A DNA stretch of 64,000 nucleotides from a virus. Location of the stretch: positions 43,508-107,507 of IMG/VR virus record IMGVR_UViG_3300033183_000299; one strand, given 5' to 3'. The notes beneath the pieces are model-generated. The model had not been told where the DNA came from and did no database searches. It saw nothing but the letters and a program-made list of their open reading frames with translations. Positions 33,240 through 42,067 of the stretch are shown here, piece after piece. Position 1 is the stretch's first letter, and every line of letters begins with the position of its first letter. Made by a program: the position numbers and the translations under genes.

Positions 33240-33399
33240 TTTCCCAAAATGGGACTGTTCTATTGTAATTACCCATGAAAACCCAATATATCACATCGCT
33301 TTTGTTAACGATTTCTTTTTTTGTTAATAGCCCTATCTCTCCGTTCTCAAATCCCGTTGTTTGACTATTGGTTATAACGACGAGATCTCCAACTACCAT
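33190..33399 (-). CDS. small KOW/SH3-like barrel protein
   Basis: MVVGDLVVI...GEIGLL. Confidence 0.55.
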   Translation of the reverse strand: MVVGDLVVITNSQTTGFENGEIGLLTKKEIVNKSDVIYWVFMGNYNRTVPFWENEIEAMDESWKPSNCN

Positions 33400-33803
33400 G
33401 TGTTTTCACCGTTTTTAACGCAAGGAGTTAGAACATCTCTTGTTACCTTGCCGTTCTTGTAGAAATACTCCCAAAAGAATAGCCTATTCTCATCGTCATA
33501 ACAAAGCTCCGAGTTCCTGTGTTCTCTCCAGCACTCCATTTTATCTTTTGTATATGTTGACTCGATGTTCTTGGAGACCCTCTCGATTTCAAAAGAATTT
33601 TTATGAATAATTAGTTGGAGTGTTGGTGCGCTATAGAAAGATCTAACGTTCTCGGTTTTGTATTCTTGGTTCACCTCAGACCACACTTGTTTTTCGTGAA
33701 CGCAAATCTCATAAACATCAGATGCGTATACCAACGAAGTAATAAAAAATAAATTTACCATGTGAACTCCTTCATGTTGCCCAAATTCTTTCCTAATGAA
33801 CAA
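33393..33803 (-). CDS. hypothetical protein
   Basis: 136-aa ORF; probable start MVNLFF after an AGGAG SD. Confidence 0.55.
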   Translation of the reverse strand: MFIRKEFGQHEGVHMVNLFFITSLVYASDVYEICVHEKQVWSEVNQEYKTENVRSFYSAPTLQLIIHKNSFEIERVSKNIESTYTKDKMECWREHRNSELCYDDENRLFFWEYFYKNGKVTRDVLTPCVKNGENTW

Positions 33804-34942
33804 TTTACTTTAAACTTTCCCAACTTAGTATCTCCAAACATCTCTTTAAGTTGAGGTATCAATCTTCTGTCATCTCGATGTAAGTCGATAACAACGCTGT
33901 CGTGAACAACAAAAGCAACATGGGATCTTGTTGCCCTAAGGAAGTTAGAAAGTTTGCAGAAGCGTTCAATGGTGTTGTCTGAGGAGGTTGATTGCAGTAA
34001 AAAGTTGAGGGCTTTACGAACGGGAGCAGCAATTGTCCGTCCAAATGGGGTATGTACTTGTCCTTCTTTGTAGTGCTGTTCAAGCAAGACTTCCCTGTCG
34101 TAGTAATCGGATTGGATAGCTTGTGATTCTTGATTATAGAGCCAAGCGAATATTTTTGTTTTTGCTTTTTCTCGAGCAATTTGCTCGTTAAATACGTTTT
34201 TGATATTCCATTCATGTATGTCTTCCTCTGGTTGGTCGTGTCCTTGTAGTGCAAGCATTGTTCTAATTTCTGCTGCGTTGAAATCCAATTCTAAAAACAC
34301 ATCGTTTGTTGGTGTTACGAAATTCTTAAGTTCTTTTTTCAAATTTAAGATTGGAAATGAATTTCTTTTTGTTGTGAGTCGACCAGTTACTGTTCCAAAT
34401 AGATCGTAGTCAACATATGGTGTTGTCTCACCAAATTGATCATAAAGGTATTTTGCTTTCTGATCTTCAGCTGAAATGCAATAGAGAGCGAATGTATTTA
34501 ATTTCACAGGGTGCTTTTTCAACTCTTTAATTGCTGCTTGGGCATCTTTCAGCAGAGTGTAGTGGGCTGGTCTTTCATAATTATCAAATACCCATTGTGT
34601 GATCTCGTTCTTAGTGTCGAAGTAGTGCTGAAGGTGCTTCTGTGGGACCACATCATAAAAGCATACATCTTCGAGGTTAATCCCTGCTGTTCTAATTCCT
34701 TTGAAGTGAGACTTCAAGAGATCTTCGGCTCGTAGCCACTGTGTTTTTAAGTGCTCTGGGCATATATCGGCGATTGTCTTTCCTCCAACTATCAATTGTG
34801 CATAGTCAATATTTCTACCGAACAAGTGGTCCGAATATGACCATGTTTTGGTGATTCCGTTTGGAATTTTATCCCAAATGAATTGTCCATCAATGTAAGT
34901 TCCGGCACAATCAAGTTTTGAATCTAAAAGTTGAAAATACAT
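33755..34942 (-). CDS. polA: compact family-A DNA polymerase
   Basis: TVTGRLT, motif A LDFNAAEIR, motif B KAKTKIFAWLY, TPFGR, ALNFLLQS, motif C VHDS; start MYFQ with GGAGG SD. Confidence 0.85.
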   Translation of the reverse strand: MYFQLLDSKLDCAGTYIDGQFIWDKIPNGITKTWSYSDHLFGRNIDYAQLIVGGKTIADICPEHLKTQWLRAEDLLKSHFKGIRTAGINLEDVCFYDVVPQKHLQHYFDTKNEITQWVFDNYERPAHYTLLKDAQAAIKELKKHPVKLNTFALYCISAEDQKAKYLYDQFGETTPYVDYDLFGTVTGRLTTKRNSFPILNLKKELKNFVTPTNDVFLELDFNAAEIRTMLALQGHDQPEEDIHEWNIKNVFNEQIAREKAKTKIFAWLYNQESQAIQSDYYDREVLLEQHYKEGQVHTPFGRTIAAPVRKALNFLLQSTSSDNTIERFCKLSNFLRATRSHVAFVVHDSVVIDLHRDDRRLIPQLKEMFGDTKLGKFKVNCSLGKNLGNMKEFTW

Positions 34943-34955
34943 TTGTCCTCCTTTG

Positions 34956-36209
34956 TTAATAGGACGATGTACCTCCACCAGAACCTCCAGCCCCAAACTG
35001 TTGTCTCTTCGCATTGGTCATCGTCTTGCCTTCGAGTTTGGCTTTTGTGTCATGAAAACCGAAATCTTTATTCCACACCTGATCTCTGAAGGTATTATTA
35101 ATATAACCTATTGCTTCAAGCTTGTCAAGTTTTTTTAGAAAATATTTTGACTTTTTATAAATGGTCTCGACTTTTTGGGAGCTGAATGGGCGACCTTCCT
35201 CAAGGTTTCTTAATTTACAGTACATCTCCAACTCTTGAGCATCAGTATAAGGCCTTGTTTGAACCGGTATCTGCGAGAGTCTAATGTATTCTGATGTAGT
35301 TTTCCCGCACTTTACCGAGACAACTTTCGTTTGTGAGTTTTTTCTGACATATTTATTATAATATATATTAATATTAGTATATAAGATATTATTATCTATA
35401 GTATATGTTTTTATATATCTATTATTGAATAATGTATCTAAGTTATATAATCCATATGATGATCTTATACTTCTAGTAGTAGGTGAATTAACATCAAATA
35501 ATAATATATTTGGATTGTTATGTAAAATACTAAATCCCATATTCAATGCTAAGTTCTTCATATATCCAAATGAAGGATGGTCTACTATCTGATCTATTTT
35601 TATTTGATCAGCATCATATGGAATATTGGAGTATGAGAATGCAAGTCCTGTATCTAAAATTCTAGAATACTTGGATGTGCTCCATCTAGTCATGGTCACA
35701 GGTACATTTGAATAATTTTTTAATAAAAAGTCAAAAAAGTACTTGACATAGAGTTCATAAGATGTTATACTATTAGTACCAATGATAGTTGGTATGTGTG
35801 TTTCGTTGTAATATCGGAGAATATCCCCAAAATATTCTCCGTATTTTAACCTAGGATTAGTGTATGAATCAGTCATCGACATGTTTGAAAAAGCAGAACC
35901 TTCAACGGACACCAGACCTTTTTGTAAGGCGGTTGTGAAATTCAGCCTCAATAGTGAGTATGCGTCAGCTACAAAGTCAAATACTCTACCGTTACTTGTG
36001 TTTACGATGAAGTTTTCATTTGGTATGACTGAGTTATTCTCATGATCAATCATACCATAGTGGATTCTCTCAAGAAAGTTTGCATCTTTGATCATATTTG
36101 GGCCAAGCCCATCGTTTTGTGGATATGCTTGCGTTTCCCACTTTCCTCTTAGTTGCAAGCGGTTTACATTTGGTCTTGTTTTATTTGTTGAGTCAAAGTG
36201 TCTGGTCAT
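34956..36209 (-). CDS. hypothetical (probably baseplate-region) protein
   Basis: 417-aa ORF at the end of the tail operon. Confidence 0.7.
   Translation of the reverse strand: MTRHFDSTNKTRPNVNRLQLRGKWETQAYPQNDGLGPNMIKDANFLERIHYGMIDHENNSVIPNENFIVNTSNGRVFDFVADAYSLLRLNFTTALQKGLVSVEGSAFSNMSMTDSYTNPRLKYGEYFGDILRYYNETHIPTIIGTNSITSYELYVKYFFDFLLKNYSNVPVTMTRWSTSKYSRILDTGLAFSYSNIPYDADQIKIDQIVDHPSFGYMKNLALNMGFSILHNNPNILLFDVNSPTTRSIRSSYGLYNLDTLFNNRYIKTYTIDNNILYTNINIYYNKYVRKNSQTKVVSVKCGKTTSEYIRLSQIPVQTRPYTDAQELEMYCKLRNLEEGRPFSSQKVETIYKKSKYFLKKLDKLEAIGYINNTFRDQVWNKDFGFHDTKAKLEGKTMTNAKRQQFGAGGSGGGTSSY
35100..35128 (-). promoter_or_regulatory. sigma70-like promoter for polA (inside upstream ORF)
   Basis: TTGACA-N17-TATATT. 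Confidence 0.7.
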
Positions 36210-39200
36210 ATTCGTTTTGTTCCAATATATATCTGGCCATATTTATCATAGGATATGAGGTATGTTTTACCATTTCTATCTTCGAACCAGCCTTTTTTAG
36301 GTGTACCTCCTAGTTCTGCTCCAATGTCATAGACGATATTCACCATACTATTATCATCAGAGAGTTTGGGGTCTAGACCTCTAAGGCTCTCGATAGTACC
36401 AGTTGAGCCACCATCTGGTTGCTCGATAGCGGTTAGCCCAAAGTGTTTTTGAATCACGCTGATGAACTTCGTATTGTTATCAACCAACTCCTCAACTTCA
36501 TCATCAGGAGTTGGGGCCTCAACGACTTCTGGTTCCCTCTCACACTCAGGAGCTTCAAAATCTTCAGAATTATCGCTTTCTTCATATTCAGTATAGACAA
36601 AATCTTCTCTAACTGACTCTTTGGTAACTGTTGCTGTATCGCTTTCGGTTTCAATTGTTGCATTTATGAAGTATTCATCGTCTTCGCCTCCAAGCTCTCT
36701 TGCACGAGTGGCTAGTTTATCAAATGCTTTGACACATTTCTCTTTGTCTTCGATAGATACTTCGGAATTATCTTTTCTAACTGGATCTTTCTTTGCGTCC
36801 GTTCCCATGAATTTTGTTGTTATTGATATTTCCCATAAATCTTCTGTTTGTCCAAGCTTATAGGTCACTGATTTGATAATGTAATATCCTCCGAACCCTA
36901 AGATATGGGCTAGCGTCTCTTCCGAGTGTGGATTAGCTTGCCCAAATACTGTATAGTCATCTGAATTAGATGGGTTACCTGCGGCTCCACTGTTATTGGC
37001 TAACATGATATATGGAGATGTGGACCCGGTGGTGTCCCAATCTAGTAATACAAAGTTAATTATAATCCCGGGATACAAGTAGGTGTTGGCTTTTCTTTTT
37101 ATGAAAGAAAAGTTTAGATCATATACGTTTGATAGCAAACTGAGATTGCCGTAATTACTGTTAAAGTATCTTGCTTCTCGAAGAAAGTCTGAATCTGTCT
37201 TTGAGAAAGAAACATTCGATACGTAATTGAAGTTGGTGTTTTTTGCACCATAGAAAATCGTTGGGACAAAAGGTTTGTTTCTTAGTTTTTGAGTCTTGTC
37301 TTTTGTTGTGTAGTGCGAGAAGGTTGGGAACTGCTGATAGATAACGCAATAGTTATAAGGCTTTACATCATAAACTTCTTGATTTGGGTTTGTCCTGTTG
37401 AACAATGCATTTTTGACGAAGATATTGTTTTCTCTTAATTCCTTCCTATATAACCTTTGGGATTGACCCTTTCTTCTCCAGTAGGGAATATCAGACTCAA
37501 ACCAACCATCGTCATTTTTCACAAACCATCCTTTGTCGTCAAAATTGCTTATGAATTGAATTCTAATCAATGGAGGGTTTTCTCCCGGCAACAAAGAAGA
37601 GAAACAAACCTCAAATATGATATTGTTAATCAACCTTTCAATCAATTCTTTTATAAAGAGGCCAACTGGGAACGTAGTTAGGCCTTTGTTTACAATTGTT
37701 GAATTGAACCATTCAATAAAATAGGTTAAATCAACTGGTATACATGCGGGATTGATTGTTATCATGGACCCATCTCTAGTTTTAGGATTGGGAACATTGA
37801 TAGACCCAAGAACAAATCTCATGTTTAGGTTTTTAACGATAGGTCTCATCTTGAGCGGATCATTAGGGTCATATAGACATTCTGAAACGTAATATAGTAG
37901 ATCTCCGAGAAAGAAGAATTTGTTTTTTGCAAAACTTAAGTTTACCTTCTCTGAATCATCGTCCTTATCTTTTTCTTGAGTTGCTTTATCTAGGTCATCA
38001 AGTTGTTGTTGAGACAGGGTTGTTCCCGGCACAACATTAGTCACATAATCTTGTCTTGAATCTAAAGTTCCATTAATGGCTCGAGCAAAAAGCTGTGACT
38101 CATCCAAAGAGTATCCGTGAATGTTTTTGGAGTTGCTTAGTTTTGCAAGAATCGAGCTTGGAGAGTTTGTTTTGGTCTCTCTTCTAAATATTTCCTGCTC
38201 TATTCTCATTGCTCTATTGATCAACTCTGGCTTACAATCATTTGTTTGCAATACCTTCATAGCTTCTGCATGCAATTCCTCTCTTCTTTTGAGTGTGTCT
38301 TCGCTAGCCAATGCATCATTGAACGGCATATTCATCATGGCCTCAAAGAAGCCTCTATAATTAACTGTTAATGTCGTAGCACCAGTCTCGCTCGATCTTG
38401 AGATTGAGTGATCTATTGTGGACAGGTCAATGATTAAGTCTGATTTGTGATCAACGCCATTGTATACCTTTAGCCTTACTCTTGAGTATTCTGGATTAAA
38501 TTGATTCTTGAGAAAGGCCCCTGGACCCTTTGATATCTTGTTGGTAACTGGGAGGGTTATTAGTTCATATAGTTTAATTTCCGGGTCTTCGTCGGTTCTA
38601 GTATGTTCTTTCGGGATTGTAGCCATAACACACTGTAGAGCCTTCATGGAACTTAGTTGAAAAGTCAATTGCACTTGGACATCGTTTCTGGCTGTTGATG
38701 GGTTTGTCCCTTCATATTTTATCTCAGCATTTTCAAGAAAATAATAAGCATCACCAGACTCTTTAAAGGTGTCTGATGTATTGAGAGCAGTTGATAACCC
38801 TTGTTGTACTGCATCTTCCGACTTAGCTGCACCAAAAATAGATTTGACCCTGGAACTTTTCTGATCAGCTGTCAAAGATCTATCGTTATAAATTGACTGA
38901 GCTTGCACAAGCTTGTAGTAATTTTTAACCTTTACTTTCTCAGCAGCATTTTTGGTTAATGCTAATTCAATTTCTTTAAGTCCTTCATCCGTGTCGAATA
39001 CCCACCACAGTGTCTTGTGCAGGGTTGCTGGAGAGTCAACATCGGAGGTATCATTGACTTCCAATGTTTTTCTTGCTGCATTAGATATGTTGCATTTATT
39101 GTAAAATACATTTGGATCCTCACTGGGATCTACGGGATAAATTCTTGAGTGACCGGGATTGTTTGTATTCAATGGAGATTTTGTGAAATTGTGGTCATTG

Positions 39201-40135
39201 AAATAGTTGTGAAATTCTTTAGGGCCTGTTTGGTGCAAAAGTCTTGTGATCAATGCACATTGTCTTAGACTGACCAATTCTTCGTCGGTTGGCTTTTTGT
39301 AACTAACGCCTTGAACCCCAGACGTTATTTTTGCAAATGCTGCCGGGTCCTTTTTTAGTTCCGCTTCTAATTCCTTCGCAGTTCTTGCTCCAAATGACCC
39401 ATTATCAGATCTATCTTCTGAGAAGATGTCGTCTAATAACTGGTCAAATCCTAGGATGGCTGGGACATCTAGGTTTGCTTTTCCAATTTCATTACCAGCA
39501 AAAGCCTGAATCGATAAATCTTGATCTGTTAGATCGTTTGTTGCATTTAAAAGATCATCAAAGAAAGCGTTTGCGGGCACTTGGAGATAAGACATATCGT
39601 CTTGATATTCAAATATGATATTATTAGGAATAGCTTTGTATAGATAGTCTTCTAGTTCACTTCCGATAGCAACCGCAGCATCTGCTATGCTTTCTAAGTT
39701 TGATTCTGTGGTGATCCATTTTTTATATATAAGAAGCGCGTCCGGATCTGTTATATTTTTGTTAATCCATTTAACAAGCAGCGGTTGGATGTGTTTTTTT
39801 GCTATCTCTTTTTTGCTTGGGATTTTTAACGACTTTGATTTCAAAGCAGTAATCACACTCAGATAACTATCAACCTTGCTTATATTCAAGGTTGTCCCTA
39901 GGTGTGGCGAGTTTAGTAGAATAAATAAATTTACTAGTTCACTAGAATTTTTCAATATTTGCTTGTGCAAGTAGAATAAAATAAGAGCATTGTTTACATC
40001 CCAGTGACTACCAAAAAAGGCACCCCATTCATAACGAATATGTTTGCCTATAACACTTTTGTCGAGAGAAACAATATCCTTGCCTGTTCCGTAACTATCT
40101 TTATAGAACTTATTAGCATCATCAACAATACTCAT
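36206..40135 (-). CDS. large baseplate hub-like protein
   Basis: 1309 aa downstream of the LysM-like gene; C-terminal LGFGGYYIIKSVTY...ITTKF pattern typical of hub (gp27-like) proteins. Confidence 0.55.
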   Translation of the reverse strand: MSIVDDANKFYKDSYGTGKDIVSLDKSVIGKHIRYEWGAFFGSHWDVNNALILFYLHKQILKNSSELVNLFILLNSPHLGTTLNISKVDSYLSVITALKSKSLKIPSKKEIAKKHIQPLLVKWINKNITDPDALLIYKKWITTESNLESIADAAVAIGSELEDYLYKAIPNNIIFEYQDDMSYLQVPANAFFDDLLNATNDLTDQDLSIQAFAGNEIGKANLDVPAILGFDQLLDDIFSEDRSDNGSFGARTAKELEAELKKDPAAFAKITSGVQGVSYKKPTDEELVSLRQCALITRLLHQTGPKEFHNYFNDHNFTKSPLNTNNPGHSRIYPVDPSEDPNVFYNKCNISNAARKTLEVNDTSDVDSPATLHKTLWWVFDTDEGLKEIELALTKNAAEKVKVKNYYKLVQAQSIYNDRSLTADQKSSRVKSIFGAAKSEDAVQQGLSTALNTSDTFKESGDAYYFLENAEIKYEGTNPSTARNDVQVQLTFQLSSMKALQCVMATIPKEHTRTDEDPEIKLYELITLPVTNKISKGPGAFLKNQFNPEYSRVRLKVYNGVDHKSDLIIDLSTIDHSISRSSETGATTLTVNYRGFFEAMMNMPFNDALASEDTLKRREELHAEAMKVLQTNDCKPELINRAMRIEQEIFRRETKTNSPSSILAKLSNSKNIHGYSLDESQLFARAINGTLDSRQDYVTNVVPGTTLSQQQLDDLDKATQEKDKDDDSEKVNLSFAKNKFFFLGDLLYYVSECLYDPNDPLKMRPIVKNLNMRFVLGSINVPNPKTRDGSMITINPACIPVDLTYFIEWFNSTIVNKGLTTFPVGLFIKELIERLINNIIFEVCFSSLLPGENPPLIRIQFISNFDDKGWFVKNDDGWFESDIPYWRRKGQSQRLYRKELRENNIFVKNALFNRTNPNQEVYDVKPYNYCVIYQQFPTFSHYTTKDKTQKLRNKPFVPTIFYGAKNTNFNYVSNVSFSKTDSDFLREARYFNSNYGNLSLLSNVYDLNFSFIKRKANTYLYPGIIINFVLLDWDTTGSTSPYIMLANNSGAAGNPSNSDDYTVFGQANPHSEETLAHILGFGGYYIIKSVTYKLGQTEDLWEISITTKFMGTDAKKDPVRKDNSEVSIEDKEKCVKAFDKLATRARELGGEDDEYFINATIETESDTATVTKESVREDFVYTEYEESDNSEDFEAPECEREPEVVEAPTPDDEVEELVDNNTKFISVIQKHFGLTAIEQPDGGSTGTIESLRGLDPKLSDDNSMVNIVYDIGAELGGTPKKGWFEDRNGKTYLISYDKYGQIYIGTKRI

Positions 40136-40458
40136 TTCAACAACTCCGCGACGTGATATGGGTTGGCTGGTATATAAGTTACATCACCAATTGAAAAATG
40201 CGCATCCGTTGGTTTAGAATTTAAAAGACCTATGACCCACCAAAACTTGGTGTCTCCATAATACTTATGAGACAGCTTTAATAGACTATCTCCCTTGGTC
40301 CAAGAGTGCTCTGATGATACATCAAATTCGTGACCTTGAAGTCTGTCGAATGTAGATGTCCTCCTTATCCTTAGGAACTTAACTCCTTTCCTTTCAAACA
40401 CTTCAAAATACAAACCCGAAGACAAGATGGCTGTTCTGTTATTTGATATCGATGGCAT
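40132..40458 (-). CDS. LysM/tail-X-like baseplate protein
   Basis: GDSLLKLSHKYYGDTKFWWVIGLLN...GDVTYIP. Confidence 0.75.
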   Translation of the reverse strand: MPSISNNRTAILSSGLYFEVFERKGVKFLRIRRTSTFDRLQGHEFDVSSEHSWTKGDSLLKLSHKYYGDTKFWWVIGLLNSKPTDAHFSIGDVTYIPANPYHVAELLK

Positions 40459-40459
40459 A

Positions 40460-42067
40460 TTAGCCTCCTATTGTAATTTTTGATGTTTGTCTTGGAAATG
40501 GAAATAGATGCTCTTTTCCTTTGTATTCTGGATTTGAACTTGGCAACATTTTATATTTATCCCCATTTACCATGGCGTAGTTCTTAATTAGGTCTCCAGA
40601 TGCATAACTCATCTTAAAATCTAGAGAGAACACCTTTGGCCATAATCTTCCATCTTCTTCAAAGAACCCTGCTTCAAGGTCTATATCGATTCCAACATCC
40701 ATCAAAAATAATTGCAAAGAGTTTCTGTACATTGTTGCGAAGTCTGTCGCATAATAGGTTGTTGTACTTGGAGCTTCAATAAAAGAAGGGCAATAGACTC
40801 TAATGGAGTGTCTTTTTGGATCTCCATTTGTTGTCGTGGGTTCTTTCTTGAAGAACATTCTTACGAGATATTGTATTTTCGCACAGTTTGCTTTCGCCTC
40901 AGCTAAGTCAGCAGCAGGTGCAACAATTTTTATGGAGTAATCCAATGCTTCAAATGTAGTTTCTTTATCAAAATCCATTGGCTTGCCTAAGATGCGCGAT
41001 TTATCTCCATCAATTTTTGGTATATTGACTTTGTGATCTCTATTGAAGGATTCGACAAATCCTTTAAATGCTATCCACCTCTTTCTTTTACTGGAGGTAT
41101 CACTTAAGGAGTCTGGCCCAACATTCTCAGCAACATTGAGTGAGAGGAATAAAAGTGAGCTCTTGTTCGCACTTCTAGTTCCATGAAATGAATAATCTAA
41201 CTTGTTTAATGAATCTGTATCGAAATCATAAACAGACCCTACGCTATACTCGGCATGATCTTTAGTATTAACAAGTAGTCCGAAAGGAAATCTACCATTG
41301 TCTCCCTCGACATAATGCCCACTATCTTTGAAGGCATATAATGGTCTCGCTACATTCCCACCAAGCTTTGCAAGTCTATTTAGTTTCTCTCCGGTAAACT
41401 CTACTCCGAAATTTAACTTCAAAGAAAGCTTTATGTTTTTTGGGAAAAGAAAGGATCCAAGCTTTTTGTCCGTAACGTCATCATAGTCAAAGAAACCTGC
41501 TTCCAAATCTGGCTCATAATTAACGGAATCAATATAGCAAAGAAATCCATTCTTCATTAAAGAATCATAGTTGATAGTTTGCGGCGACGGGTAGTTATCA
41601 TAGTTATTCCCGGAGTGAATAAGGTTCTTCAACCAAACAGAGAAGTATGTATTCTTTGTTCCATAGAATGCATCTACTTGTTTTGGGCCTCCAAGTGGAG
41701 CGATTAGTCTTTGAATCTCTTCAATCTTAGCTATATTATTTCTTGATTCATTAACCGAATGAGCAGGTAAGTTTATTGTTATGTCAAAGCTTAAGTCTGA
41801 TGAATTTTCGGTATACGTGTGAGATTGCTTATCTGATTCTTTACCAACCTCAGTTTCTTTTGTTAAATTAAGCTTGTATGATTCCACAAAAGCTTTAAAG
41901 GAAACGAGTCTCTGCAATGCTGGAGATCCAATATAAAGTATGTTGTCTGTCTGATCAGTTATGTCTGAGCCATATCCTCTAAAGGTTCTATTGCCGTTTT
42001 TGTAAGTCGCACCTTGTTTGATATCTGATAGGTGATATGGTGAAAAGAAACCTGGTTCAATAGCCAT
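40460..42067 (-). CDS. tail-tube initiator/baseplate protein with two tube-like domains
   Basis: Internal repeat VSFKAFVESY / IAFKGFVESF; DLEAGFF occurs twice; follows the tape measure gene. Confidence 0.55.
   Translation of the reverse strand: MAIEPGFFSPYHLSDIKQGATYKNGNRTFRGYGSDITDQTDNILYIGSPALQRLVSFKAFVESYKLNLTKETEVGKESDKQSHTYTENSSDLSFDITINLPAHSVNESRNNIAKIEEIQRLIAPLGGPKQVDAFYGTKNTYFSVWLKNLIHSGNNYDNYPSPQTINYDSLMKNGFLCYIDSVNYEPDLEAGFFDYDDVTDKKLGSFLFPKNIKLSLKLNFGVEFTGEKLNRLAKLGGNVARPLYAFKDSGHYVEGDNGRFPFGLLVNTKDHAEYSVGSVYDFDTDSLNKLDYSFHGTRSANKSSLLFLSLNVAENVGPDSLSDTSSKRKRWIAFKGFVESFNRDHKVNIPKIDGDKSRILGKPMDFDKETTFEALDYSIKIVAPAADLAEAKANCAKIQYLVRMFFKKEPTTTNGDPKRHSIRVYCPSFIEAPSTTTYYATDFATMYRNSLQLFLMDVGIDIDLEAGFFEEDGRLWPKVFSLDFKMSYASGDLIKNYAMVNGDKYKMLPSSNPEYKGKEHLFPFPRQTSKITIGG

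Noticed and set aside
35340-35560. Very AT-rich stretch as a possible origin or foreign insert
   Set aside because: It lies within an open Tyr/Asn/Ile-rich reading frame, and I see no iterons or repeat structure.
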